A stretch of 64,000 nucleotides of DNA from Schizochytrium sp. TIO01 (taxonomy: Eukaryota > Protista > Bigyra: Labyrinthulomycetes), in NCBI GenBank assembly GCA_004764695.1, contig SMSO01000034.1:4278001-4342000 (forward strand), given 5' to 3'. Shown here piece after piece: positions 43,080 to 55,200 of the stretch. The notes beneath the pieces are model-generated. The model saw only the letters and a program-made list of their open reading frames with translations, made no database searches and was not told where the DNA came from. A program made the position numbers and the translations under genes. The stretch's first letter is position 1, and every line of letters starts with the position of its first letter.

Positions 43080-44468
43080 TCACTGCGAGAAAAGATCAGT
43101 CAGATCCTGCATCGCAGACTCTGTAATGATGACCTCATCGACAAGATACACGACACCGTTGAGAGTCTGAGCTGTCATATTCGAGACAAGGCTCACAAGA
43201 GAGCGGTCATACTCTCCCGCCAGAGAGTCGATTGTATCTCCAAGATCTTCAGCTGCTACTTGCTCAGAAAGAACATGAGCAAGCAGGATTTGCTGCAATA
43301 CCTTAGTGGGGGCAGAGCGTCCAGATGTAAGCAGTTCCAGCTGACTGGAGGTGAGGTTAAGTTTGGCAAAAGCTTCATCAGTAGGGGCAAATAGCGTGTA
43401 TGCACCAGGGCTATCCAAAACACTGACAATATCTGTTTTGTCAGTCGAAGCTGCTTGAGCAAGCTGGATAAGCGTAGTCAAGTTCTCAGCTTGCGCAAGT
43501 CCAAGCATAGTTTCAGTAGGGAATCCAGGAGGAATCAACGCTTGGTCAATTGCATGAATCACTCCATTAAAGGCCATCAAATCTGTGTAGTTCTCCACCA
43601 CTACAGCTCCGCCATCACCTACGTAGGGAAGATCTACGTAAAGGTTTTCATCAATAAGTGTAGTTACATTGATACCAGTCAATTCGTCAGAGGTCAGTGG
43701 TTCAGCCACAACGTGATAGCCTAGGAATACACCAAGAAGATCAGGATTCTCCTCCAAGTACATGGGAATTGGCTTCAGCATCTTAATTGCATCATTCGTC
43801 GGAGCAAAAACAGTAAATGTGGTATCATCCATGTTTTCCATATGTTCCCCACCCAAAACTGCATCCAAGTTAGCAGCCTTGACAAGGCCAATAAGCTTCG
43901 AAAACTCTTTGGCCGACTTGGCAACCTGCACAATCGACTTGGTGTATGTAAAGTCTTCGGGAGTAAGAACTTTGTTGATGATGTGCGCAATTCCATTTGA
44001 CGCAATGGCGTTGGGCGTCACGACAGAGGCTTGCCCATTCACTTTCATGTCTTCATCAATGATTGGCGTGATAGGCCAAGGGCCTAGGGTATCAATGCTT
44101 GTCAGGCCCGAGTTCATTGCTTCAACAAGGTCCATAGCAGTATAATTACCCTCAACAACATGAAATGCAATCCAGTTGGTGAGAAGGGTGTTTTGATATT
44201 CCTCTCCCGACGTCAAGAACCGTTCTGCATTTGAGTCGAGGCTCGAAAAACGTTTCTCAAAGGCCGCATTGGATGGTGCAAAGACCGTGTATGGTCCCCC
44301 CTCGCTCAGAGTTGTGTTGAGACCAAGCTCTGCCAGCAACGTGGACAGCGTGCTAAGCTTATTGACGCTTTCAGCTAGCTCCACCAAGGTCTGGGCCTGA
44401 GAGATTTGCGGCGCACAGAAGACCAGAAGGCCAACGACGTAGCTCACGAGAGTCCAGGAGGGCGACAT
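43080..44468 (-). CDS. Secreted fasciclin (FAS1) protein with three FAS1 domains
   Basis: Signal peptide (…APQISQA|QT). Three H1 motifs (YTVFAPSNAAF, FTVFAPTNDAI, YTLFAPTDEAF) and three H2 motifs (NGIAHIINKVL, NGVIHAIDQAL, NGVVYLVDEVI). Confidence 0.92.
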   Translation of the reverse strand: MSPSWTLVSYVVGLLVFCAPQISQAQTLVELAESVNKLSTLSTLLAELGLNTTLSEGGPYTVFAPSNAAFEKRFSSLDSNAERFLTSGEEYQNTLLTNWIAFHVVEGNYTAMDLVEAMNSGLTSIDTLGPWPITPIIDEDMKVNGQASVVTPNAIASNGIAHIINKVLTPEDFTYTKSIVQVAKSAKEFSKLIGLVKAANLDAVLGGEHMENMDDTTFTVFAPTNDAIKMLKPIPMYLEENPDLLGVFLGYHVVAEPLTSDELTGINVTTLIDENLYVDLPYVGDGGAVVVENYTDLMAFNGVIHAIDQALIPPGFPTETMLGLAQAENLTTLIQLAQAASTDKTDIVSVLDSPGAYTLFAPTDEAFAKLNLTSSQLELLTSGRSAPTKVLQQILLAHVLSEQVAAEDLGDTIDSLAGEYDRSLVSLVSNMTAQTLNGVVYLVDEVIITESAMQDLTDLFSQ

Positions 44469-45271
44469 CTCGACGTTCGCTCAGTTCTTCGGCGCTGCAA
44501 CCTTTCAACTCGGTTTCTTATTGCAAACTTATGGCAAACCACGTGATCTAGCTCTCGTCGCTTCTTCTTCTGCTTCTGCTTCCGTGCCTGCCTCGGATCT
44601 CTCTTTTGCGCGGGTTCTGCTTGAGTCCGTCTGTGCGGTCAATCTTGAGCAAGCAGGCCTGTCAAGTTTCGGGTTTGCCTGAGCCGCGAGAACGTCGAGG
44701 TCCAAGCACTTCCAGTGTCCTTAGTGAGCTTAGTTCTGCAGCGCCCTCAAAGAGCAGAATGGCCGTCTAGACAGTCAGCGGCACTCGACTGAGCAGCACT
44801 CTCGTCCCAGAGGACCTCGACCACAGCTTTCTCTGGCCGCTGAAGAGTGATCAGAGTGGGTCTTGGAGCTCTGTCTGCGCCTCTACTCGTCTCCGCGGGT
44901 ATCCGCTCTGGGCTCTGGAGCTGCTCGCGTCGGCAGCGCTCAATCTCTTCGAGCGCAGGCCAATTTCCCTGATCAAAACAATTCATTCTTCATTCTTCAT
45001 TCTTCATTCTTCATCGAAAGGGACTTTTCCCGCAGCTCTTGTTTTTCAGGCACTGGTCACTAGTGACTGTGGGGCGCAACGCCGAGAACCTCGAGTTGAG
45101 CTTTCCTTCCTTTCCTTCAACGTGCTCTGGCTTCAAGTTTGTGGCATCGCAGCAGAAGGTTCCGTTCGCGAATTCTGAACCGAATGGCTTGTTCATTTGG
45201 AGATGCATTTGGCCATCTGAGTGAAGGGCCCCTGCCAAAATATGCGCTCTGCTCTGAGCCTGTGCATTTAA

Positions 45272-45436
45272 TCATTCGTTCATTCATTCATTCATTCATT
45301 CTCATTCATTCATTCTCATTCATTCATTCTCATTCATTCATTCTCATTCATTCATTCTCATTCATTCATTCTCATTCATTCATTCTCATTCATTCATTCT
45401 CATTCATTCATTCTCATTCATTCATTCTCATTCATA
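45272..45436. repeat. 14-bp tandem repeat (CTCATTCATTCATT) x9 plus flanking (CATT)n
   Basis: Exact 14-bp periodicity from 45301 to 45426. It produces the spurious HSFILIHSFSF ORF. Confidence 0.95.
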
Positions 45437-48400
45437 TTTTCGCTGTCTCTTTTTTGGCTTTGTCACTTTTGAGCGGAAAGAGAGAAAAGAAGATGAAAAG
45501 AGAGTATTTTAAACATAACGTTGAAAGTTGAGTTAAAAAAACAAACTAAAAAAAACGGACTCTGCTTGTTTCCTGAAGAAGCTTTGTTTCTGAAGACCTG
45601 AAGAACACTCGTCCTCCGTATGCTCTTGATGAAAGCTCGCTGCTCAGGGCCGAGCACCTTCGTGGCAGTCTGTCCTAAGGTATCACGAGGATCCTCTGAG
45701 GTCGTCTCTGTCAGATTTCCTGTCGAGCTCTGCCAAAGGTCTGAAGACTTTGTTGTTTGTTTCGGCCGCCTCGAACGCCGCCAATTCTTTTATCCGCTAA
45801 AAACCAGAACCAAAGGTTTTTTATATATTATTTTTTAATTAAATTAAAAAATGTTCTCTCTACGAAGAAGAAGCGGTTGCCGAGATCTCCGCGCAGGTGG
45901 AAACAGCTCTAGCCGACGCTTTCGAAGCAACGATAGGCATATCGTGACGATACACTCTCATGGCCGTCGGCTCGAAACGGAGACTCCACGGGTTGCGGGC
46001 AATTAACCCTTAACATGCAAACCGATCGAAGCGCCTCTTTCATTAATTGCAGATTCCGCGAGGCCTCACATATTACCATCATAGAATCGAGTTCATTTAT
46101 TCAATATTTTAAAAACATGATAAATAAACACTTATATGGAAACTCATTTCTATTTAACTTAAAAAACAAACAAAAAAAACGAACAAACAAAAAAACTAAA
46201 AGCGGAGCATTGAGTCTCAGGAATGCATGCACCAATGCTTCTCAGGACACCGCAGTCATTGCGCAATTGAAGAGGAATGTGGATCGTGGCGGCCAAAGAG
46301 CTTCTTTGCTCAAGTTGGTGCTGCACTTTCGGCTGCAAGCAAAGCACTTTCTGTTTGCCACTGTTTCACCTTTCGTTGTTTAAAGTGCAGATGAAACCTT
46401 AAATTGAGGGACTTTTAAAGGCCCTATATACTTTTGGTTTAATTAAATGAAGTAAACAATTAATTGAAAAACATCAGTACTTTTAGATTAAAACTTTTAA
46501 AATATTTGTCTTTTAAGTTTAAGAAGAAAAAAACTATATATATAAAAATGGGACTGATAAAATCGCGAACCGCTCGAAGGAGTTCTGCGAACCCCTCCGG
46601 TGGGATCTCAGGGTACTCCAGAGCCTTGGCGCAACGCTTGATGCGATTCCAGCGATAGCGCTCCCTCGTGACGAGCGTCGCTCAAGTTTCACTCGGCGAG
46701 CTGCGCCGGAGACTGTGCAAAACTGGCGAGGCGGGAGTCAACGTCTTAGCAGAGCGCGGAGATCCCGAGGTGAACCCAACTTCGCTCTGCAGGCTAGGTT
46801 GAGTCGAGAGCGATACCGAAGACCCTGGACGATGCGAGGCACAGCTACGCAGAGCCGTTCGGGAATCGAAGGCCACCTCTGGAAGCCACGGCCCGACAAT
46901 TGGACACCTGGAGCCTGAAGATGCTTGGCGGGGCTGATCGAATTGAACCGAGCCTTGATGTACAGTGACGATCTTGAAGCGGGGGTGGCTACATCTCGAA
47001 CTGCATTCAGAGCCTTCGCCAGTTTCATGATGGCCCAAACTCACGAAGAGAGACCCTCGTGACTTCGTTGCTGCACAACATGTGACTCACCCGCTAGTAG
47101 ATGCCACTTAGCACCTGCCGCCATGACAAGCAAGCAGCTGGGCCTGTTCACGATTTCCACCAGGGTCTCCATCACCTTCACGCTCTCCATGGGCAAGCTC
47201 ATGGCTATCGTTTCAGCGTAGTACCTAAAGCCGAACACCCAGAGAGGACACACGAATTAGACGTGTTTGCGTGCCCGCTCATGCTAACACGAGGGCAGTT
47301 CGTGAGCTTCGGCCTTGGCAAGAAATGCACGGGGGCGATGTATCTCGTGAATCGGATTCTGCCCAGGCTCTCGACTCGGGCGGCACGATGCACTGTCGGT
47401 GCTTTCATGAAAAGACCGTGTTATTCAACGCGATGATGGCCTGGATAAAAGCTTGGGCGTCTCGTGGTGGTGCGGCGAGGAGGACCTTGAAGATTTTAAG
47501 AAACAACCTTGGCACAGCTGCCTGGCGCTGGGAGCGGTTCGGGAGCCCAGCTCGCAGGCGGCGGTGAAAATCTTGCGTGGTGATGGTACTGTGGGGGGTT
47601 CCAGCCTCTGTAACGCAATAGGGAGCACAAATGGACAATGGGGACAGTGCCGAGAGCCCAATCGGTCGTTCACAGAGATACGCATTAAAGGAGGGAAGCA
47701 CTGATGGTGCAATATCGCAGCACCGGTGGCTCGTTTTTCTGTTGTTGCCTTTTTCTGCTGTTGCATTACTAGGATTGCGTAGTAAACTATTTGCAGCCGT
47801 GAATTAGGATATTTTGCATTCTATTTCGCTGAGTACAGAGAGCAGAAGTTGATTAAATCCACGAAAAGCACTACTTGGTGGTAAATATCTGAACGGAATC
47901 TTCGTTTAGGTTTGCATATACTTGCTCATCGCATTATGTAGACCCTCTACCAGTAGATGAAAAGATAGTACAGGATTCAACTCGAATCTGCGTGCGATCA
48001 AAGTGCGTCTGTTTTGTTTTGTCAGAGGGAGGGGATACAAGCGGGAGGCGCAATTTTTCTCATCAGGGTTGATGTATCTAAGTGATCGGCCTTCTGGACG
48101 GCGTGAAGATTAGACTTTCATTCAGACTTTGAATTCACCCTTGATGTGTTTATACAAGATAAAATCTATTGTATAGCTCACGAGCTGTCACGCAACTTTC
48201 GCAAAGAAAGTACGCCGAAAGAACGCCAAAAGAGCGTTGGGTGGGCGGAGGGTGTCGTACGTATTTTCGTCTTGCGCTTAACTGCAGCTTGGGGTTAACT
48301 AGCATCTGCGCACTATCTGCATAACAGGCTTTAAACCATCATAGAAACATCGAAATTTGAGCGTGTTGAAGAATTCTATACTCGTTTCAGCACAAGATGC

Positions 48401-48602
48401 ACCTCTCAAGGCGCGGTCACAAATGTATCTATGCGCCTGTGTATACTTCGGCGCGACTTCATTTTCAATGACACATCGGGTGTCACGAAAATAGAGAAAG
48501 ACAAAAAAAAACAGAGTAGAACGTATTTCATTTGGGTTTGCAGGAGAGAAAAACTAAAACCACTGATTCAAAGAAACGATAAGGAAACAACATAAAACAT
48601 CA

Positions 48603-50327
48603 TTAATCAGTTACAGACAGAGCAAAAATCTTCATAAAACCGCGCATATTCTGCATTTGCAAGGCCGCATACCCAACATCTTCACCATCAATGGCAATGA
48701 TGCCATTTTTCAGTTCCCCGTTCGGCTCGGGAAGAGGTTCCAGGCGGTAGGCCCTCGTTGGCGTCATTTCGCAACATGGAAGATCTATATGGCCACCAGT
48801 GTCAAGACCAAGAAGGAACTTAAGCCATTTCCATCGATCCATACCCTCTGGCCCGTTCTCCCGAAGATAGGTGAGCTGCAAGAGGCCATCGGCAAAATGC
48901 GAATCGCGCGCTACGTTGGTTGAGCCGTCCATCCAGGGCACATTACAGTTCCACATTGACCAAAAGGTGCCCTCTGCCTTTACCCAATTCTCTGGGAGAG
49001 GCTCATCTAAAGGCGGCAACAAATCCATGTCTGGTGCACTGGCTGGAGTGATGCCTTTGCGCGTATCCCAGTAAAGCCCATCCACTACCGCATCTGCGTG
49101 GTCTGGTGTACGAGGCAAAGGATGCGCATTTGTGCAGGGCAGGTAAGTGATCCGACCATGGTACTTCTTCACAAGCAGGATCCGCTTAAGTGCCTCAATT
49201 GTGAAGCGTGTCTCTCCAAGGAAGCGAAGGTACTCCGATCCTACATCAATATCAGCTAACATCGCCCACTCGAGTGAAAGAAAAGAATATAGACGTTTGA
49301 TAGTCGGTCGAGCGCTTTCCGGGTCGGCCTGATCACTTGCGTTGCTGTACATGTCCACGGCTGCAACGTCTAAAGGCTCCGGCTTGCATTTTGCGACCAG
49401 GAAAGCTGCAGCAAGAGGGCAACTTGCGAGGCGGGCAGCGTCGGCAACGGATTTGGCAAGGCCATTGCCAGACCCTCCAGGAATGACCCCAATCGGTAGC
49501 GTTTGTACACACCTGGCCCAGTCTGGGCGCTGCATCATACCTTGGAGAACCTCATAAATGAGGCCATCACCGCTGACGATGACAATACCTTTATAGATTT
49601 CACACAAGTGTTCGCAGTCCCTGACCATATCAAGTGCATGGCAACTGCGATTTGTGATGACAACCTCGACTTTGTGCCCAGCATCTTCGCAGACGACCTT
49701 GACGCCATCTCCTTCCCAGATCTTCTTAGACCTTCCCAACCCAGATTTCGGGTTTACGAACACCAACAGAGGCAACCCGTCTCGTTCAGAGTCCCTACCC
49801 ATCGCACGTCTAGCGTCTACCTCCCACGCAGAGGCGACGTCCTCCGATGGTGCCACGCGAATTTCTTCGCGTCTTTGCAATTTTCTGTTTCGAGGCACCG
49901 TGGAATTGCCTGTGTACTGCTCACTCCCTCCTCCCAGAAAACTCGGCCACCACGAACTGCTCGAAGACACCGCCTCATAGCCCACATAACGTACTGTCAG
50001 GCCATCACGGTGTACACCCACGATCGACTCAACTGGCATGCCAAAGGGACTTGAGTTGAACTTATCATCCCTACCGTTGTTGACGTCCAAGGCCACATCC
50101 GCGTCCGTGACATCGACCCGCGCCGAGGATGGCTTTTTACCTGACGCAGGTGTACCGGTGCCAGAGGCAGTGCCACTCTCTAAATCGCCGAGCATGGTAT
50201 TGGATGCTGAGTGCGCTCGAGATATGCCAGGGAGGCCGGGGAGGCTTGAGAATATGGATCTACGAGACCACCATGCAGGCGAGGGTGGCGTGCTACTATT
50301 GCTAGTAGTAAGAAGTGCAGAGCTCAT
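48603..50327 (-). CDS. SPHK: Sphingosine / long-chain-base kinase
   Basis: C1-C5 motifs LVFVNPKSG, IVSGDGLIYEVLQG, IGVIPGGSGNGLA, FLSLEWAMLADIDVGSEYLRFLGETRF and IAIDGE. First ATG at 50327. Confidence 0.94.
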   Translation of the reverse strand: MSSALLTTSNSSTPPSPAWWSRRSIFSSLPGLPGISRAHSASNTMLGDLESGTASGTGTPASGKKPSSARVDVTDADVALDVNNGRDDKFNSSPFGMPVESIVGVHRDGLTVRYVGYEAVSSSSSWWPSFLGGGSEQYTGNSTVPRNRKLQRREEIRVAPSEDVASAWEVDARRAMGRDSERDGLPLLVFVNPKSGLGRSKKIWEGDGVKVVCEDAGHKVEVVITNRSCHALDMVRDCEHLCEIYKGIVIVSGDGLIYEVLQGMMQRPDWARCVQTLPIGVIPGGSGNGLAKSVADAARLASCPLAAAFLVAKCKPEPLDVAAVDMYSNASDQADPESARPTIKRLYSFLSLEWAMLADIDVGSEYLRFLGETRFTIEALKRILLVKKYHGRITYLPCTNAHPLPRTPDHADAVVDGLYWDTRKGITPASAPDMDLLPPLDEPLPENWVKAEGTFWSMWNCNVPWMDGSTNVARDSHFADGLLQLTYLRENGPEGMDRWKWLKFLLGLDTGGHIDLPCCEMTPTRAYRLEPLPEPNGELKNGIIAIDGEDVGYAALQMQNMRGFMKIFALSVTD

Positions 50328-51282
50328 GGCGCTGCACAGTCGACCAGCCCTTGCACTGTCCAAGGAACACTTGCGAACGGAGAAGAATATATACTCGACC
50401 CTGGAAGCAGCCACGAGTGGGGAGTGGGCATTCCTGAGAAGGTTTTTGTCGCAAGCTAGCAGGGGGAGAGAGAAAGGTAGGTATCGATGTAATACGGAAT
50501 GCTTAAGTACTTTCCTACTGTATTATTGTGGATACAGCGAATGTGACACTCTGAATGCCATGACAACAGCAAATTCGGAAGGTCTCGTGGAAAGGCAGCT
50601 TCAGACATGCACGACAATGTCTGTGGAGACTCTGGGCCGATTTGCAATTCTGACTATTACTAAACTGATGAAACATATTTGACGTTGTAACAAAATTTGA
50701 CGAAGCAAATTACACAACATTTCTGCTTGTTTGTAATTGTGAAAATCACATGCCTGCGTGTGAATCCGCAATAACACCACTTGAAAACTGCAGAAATGCT
50801 CAACCTTTGCAGCAAGAAGCCAAACGCAGGACCCTTGCTCTTGCTCTTTACTGCTGCTCGATGCTCTTCGATTCGCGTTTCTGTTAGGGCTTGGTTAAAT
50901 TGTCCAAAAAGTCGGTAGGTGTATGTATAGGTAGGTAAAGTGTACACCTGAAGACTGAAATTTCAACGATGAAACAAACGTTATAAATTAATAGGTTTCA
51001 TCTGTTCATCGTATGCAACGTCTCAGAAGATAAGAAAGAACACGCAATTAATTCATACTCTAGTATTTAATAATTAGTATTATTACAAAATACGGGAAGG
51101 AGAGAAAGAACTTGAGCGTGAAAGATTGAAGCTAGACAAAAGTCAAGCCAAGCCAAGTCAGATTTGCAATAGTTTCAAGGCAAGGTGTCTTGGGGCGCGG
51201 TCGAGACCAAGTTCTCGAGAACGCCACTTCAGAAAGCTTCTTGCTTACCTTCTTTGTTGTACGTCGTTGTGTGATTCTTGCG

Positions 51283-52212
51283 ATGGTGGCGGAGCATGCG
51301 TCTGGTGAGGCCTCGTGGGCAGAGTCCACGTGGACCTCAGTAGTCTCGTCTCTGACCGGGGACGAGACATCAACAACTGCAAAGTGGACAACGCTTGCGC
51401 TAGGACTTTTGGGCCTCGTAGTGATCGGTACGCTTGCACAGAGAGCCTGGACCCAGGCTGCAATTGCTGGTGGTGAAGGAGGAAACCCCAAGACTGGCAC
51501 TGCCAAGGCTAGCAGATCAAAACCTGTGGCGCAAGGTAAGATTGACTGCAAAATCTCAGACCGCGAGCGTGTTATCGAGGCGACAAGTGATTTCCTTCGA
51601 AACGTACGTGCGAACGCAATAACGATCGTCTCACCTAAGGGAAGCCCTCAACCGTTGGGTGATTATTTTGAAGAATTGAAGGCTCTGGGCGACAGATCCA
51701 AGTCGGAGGCTGTGAGCCGCGAATTTGCAGTCCAGGTAACACTTGCGGTGCAAAATGCTCTGTTGAAGGCATGGAAGGAAGGCGGGGATACGGCAAGCAG
51801 CCTTCCCGGTGCGCTAGGAGCGCAGGTTATTGAGCTGCTCACAGTCTCGCCGACAATGGACGCACTTCTTGATGCAGGCATCATGCCGCCTTCCATGAAT
51901 CAGCCTGCGTACACCCTGGTAGTAACAGGATCTGAGGTCAGGTGTATTACAGAAGGTTTCGTTGGAATGCCCGTGATGGGACCCGCAGACCCGAACCTCA
52001 AGTATACCTCGCAACGAATGCGCCTCCTGTCAGGAAATATTATGGACGTTGCTACTAGTGCATCGCCATCCACCATGCGCCTCGAGTATTGCATTATGCC
52101 TACTTCGGCTCAGCGCATCTCACAGGTCACATCTAGCACGCATACTGCTCTGCATGAAACCTGCCAGATGAACAGTTCAAGCGCTAATTGGCAGGATTTC
52201 CTCACCTGTTAA
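51283..52212 (+). CDS. Uncharacterised protein with a single N-terminal transmembrane anchor
   Basis: A 309-codon ORF from the ATG at 51283, with the hydrophobic segment WTTLALGLLGLVVIGTLA followed by a globular-looking region. No family recognised. Confidence 0.65.
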   Translation: MVAEHASGEASWAESTWTSVVSSLTGDETSTTAKWTTLALGLLGLVVIGTLAQRAWTQAAIAGGEGGNPKTGTAKASRSKPVAQGKIDCKISDRERVIEATSDFLRNVRANAITIVSPKGSPQPLGDYFEELKALGDRSKSEAVSREFAVQVTLAVQNALLKAWKEGGDTASSLPGALGAQVIELLTVSPTMDALLDAGIMPPSMNQPAYTLVVTGSEVRCITEGFVGMPVMGPADPNLKYTSQRMRLLSGNIMDVATSASPSTMRLEYCIMPTSAQRISQVTSSTHTALHETCQMNSSSANWQDFLTC

Positions 52213-55200
52213 GGTAAACCTTCGTTGCTCATATAGTGAAACACTGGACCACCGTTTGTTCTTTAAATCACACTGAACGATCTATGCTAATCCGTGTTAG
52301 TATATAATTAGAATCGTCAAAATATCTATAAATTTACTGTCTCATGTAATTAGGAGTAGAAAATCTTACTTGTATGTTATACGAAATCGAAGTGGAGAAA
52401 TTGTTCTAAAATGACATAGAAACTCTACAACCGTGAAATGATCATGTTCTTGTGAATACTGATCTTGCCAAAACCTTACATTGTGTTTCATATTTTGTTA
52501 CAAGTTGTTGCACTTAGTTCAATTGTGAAAATGAATTAGTGGTTCTTTTCACCGCTGCATTTTTTACTTCTAAATGCTTTTATTTTCTCTTAGCTTTTAT
52601 TATTTGCAACCTGTTTGACGACTGTTTTATGCTTAGCTAATGTTAGGGGGTTTGCCAACTCACGAACTGGAGAAGCTCAGCATTGTTTCTTCGTGCGCCA
52701 ATTAGTAGACATGTTTTAAAAGAGAGAGAGAGAGAGAGACAGTGAACATACATTCTCTGGGGTTCTCAAGTCTGGGTTCTAATAAAAGCTCCCTTTATTT
52801 GCTGATAGACAGCCTGGGAGAAGTATCTCGATCAGGAAAACAAACTTTATCATGAAAGGTATTATGGAACAACCAGGATGCTAGATTCAAGACTTATTAA
52901 CATCAACCGTCCACTTGGGAGTGCACGCTTTATCCACCGGATCCCATGCTCAAGGCTTTTGCTCATTTTTATTTACATTACCAATAAGCGATCTTGATCA
53001 CAAATTTCGCTTCTGGTAACGTCTTATGTGTTTGACGCTCGCGCTAATACAGCTTCTCACTCATCATCAAATCTTTCGCTGCTGGCGTTTCGATTTATCG
53101 TCACAGGTGACCAGTGTGTACCTTTAAGGTCCTTAAACCCACCTCGAGCTGATTTCAAACAATCCAATGTTGTTCCTAACCATGAATTGATTTAAGGTAC
53201 TGCCGCGCCCTTGTCGGGGAAAAAAACCGAGGCCAGCCCTCTAGCTTTTGCTAGCGTTACCGATAGATAGGTCCTACTCAAGTGCCATTCTGGAAGAACT
53301 AAATCAGGGCAGTTTATAAATAATGAATACCGCTTACCCATCAGTCAGACCATCGCGGAGTTGTCAAGAAACATTTACGGTATGCGCATCAACCTTTTAT
53401 ACAGGTTTATACCCACTGCTTCTAGAAGCAAAAGAGACTCAAACCCTAGTTTAATCAGGGAATTATAAATAGCAACAAACTCACAAAGATGTTGAATGAG
53501 CTTGCCGTGATGGGCTACATGTGACTTCTTCGCTCCCTAGAAGATTGGTTAGCTTATAAAATTACACCCCGGAGAGATCAATCCTGGCTTTTTATAACAG
53601 CTGCAGGACTGATAACAGTACTTTGGTTAATTGATAAAATATGAATGCAATGAAAGTTAGGTACCCACCTACGAAATATTGACAATTCAAGTTTTCAAGA
53701 TCGCATAAGATCGCCACCCATCCAAGTTGACTCAATCTCCCCTTCCACAGATTCAGGCTTGATAAGTGAACCGTCGTCTGTTTCGAGCTGTCTCCACAAT
53801 TCTCAGCTGCATCGACAGTGATGAAGCGACCTTCGAATAAATCATACCCGCATTATACAGAGCTATGCGCATATCCAAAACAATCGCTTTCATTGGTCAG
53901 AGGCAACTCATTACAATCTTTTAGCTAAGGTCAGGCTCCAATTAGCAATCTTTAAAAGGTGATTGAGGTTTTATACATACTCCGGAGCCAATTAATGAAA
54001 GCAACGTGCCTTTTCTACCTGCTCATGGCCATTCTTAAAGATCAGTAGGAAGCGAGATAAAATTGAACAACTTTCTCGGTATCGTCCCGTTTTCCAGCTG
54101 GGACAGTTCTGTGCCAATCGTATGTGCCCTGATGAATTTGATTGTTTGTTTGCGTCTTTGCAAACTTTGCACCTACTAGTTGTAACTACTAGGTACATGC
54201 TTACCTACTAGGTGGTAGCATCTTATGCCGCAGTCACATTCTACCATTCATGCACTTAAAAAAAAAATAACCATAACTTGAGATTGTTATGTCTAGGTAC
54301 TGCATCCCCTTTTCACGAATCTACAAACTTCCTGCCACGTTGCAGATGCGAATCTTCTCGCAGCATGCACGTTTCAGCCTCTGATGGATCAATTTGTCGG
54401 CCCATTGATCGCCAAATCGATTCAATGACTCGCAAATTGGCTGAGGCTTTTGTAAATTCGTTGGCTCATTGGCCCCCTTTTCATTCTTCTGCAGGCCTGC
54501 ATATTTTATATTACATATTATATTATATATTATTCTAAAAATAACAAAAGTTAAAAACTATGAAACATTATACTTCATAGATACGGGGCTCCTACCTACT
54601 ACCTACTCTAACACTTGCTTTTGGGAAGAAGTGGGAGAGACGATAATAGGCCCATCTAGGCACTGTTACAGTAGCACTCTTTACGTACATCCTAGCGCCT
54701 AGATGGAAGTGGTCATGGAAGTTAGCAACCAAGGAGTTGCTTGGATAACGCCCAAGGTGGTAGGGCGGGTGGAACGAGCAAGTAGTAGGAAATTGAACTA
54801 AGTAAGTAAGTACGTACTGTAAGTTAGTTAGTTCGTTAGGTACCAATGGGAAAAAATAGAGAGTGAGAAGGAGAAACTTTGTTTGATTGAAGGTGAGTTA
54901 GTCAGAAATGATGAGTGAAGAATGGCTCAGGCGAAGAGGGTTGGGGAGGATAAGCGCCGCTTTTGAGAAGAAGAGAAGCAGACCCTTATATTTGCGGCGG
55001 GTTTCCTTCATCATTTGATTCGATTCGATCGCAAGGGAAGCGAGATAATTAGTGCGTTAGTGAGTTAGATAGTTTAGCGGCATTTCCTTTTTCTTTCCTT
55101 CCCTCAGTTCGTTTCGTTTCATTTCATTCTTCAGTTTTAATAAATTGAAAACACATAAACATAAACATAAAAAACATAAAATAAAAATAAAAATAAAATA

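Noticed and set aside
45139-45531. ORF with HSFILIHSFSF repeats
   Set aside because: Translation of the 14-bp non-coding tandem repeat.
47330-47480. CTVGAF/H resembling a KDZ-transposase FH motif, and an ERYRWNRIKR segment near 46650 resembling a Tc1 DDE tail
   Set aside because: The other catalytic motifs are absent and the match is too short to name a family.
50038-50682. 214-aa plus-strand ORF over the SPHK 5' end
   Set aside because: Mostly antisense to the low-complexity SPHK N-terminus, with no independent coding signal.
40678-53672. Identical 14-mer aggtacccacctac at 40678 and 53659
   Set aside because: Several 14-mer matches are expected by chance in 64 kb, and the flanks do not extend, so it is not evidence of LTRs or a duplication.
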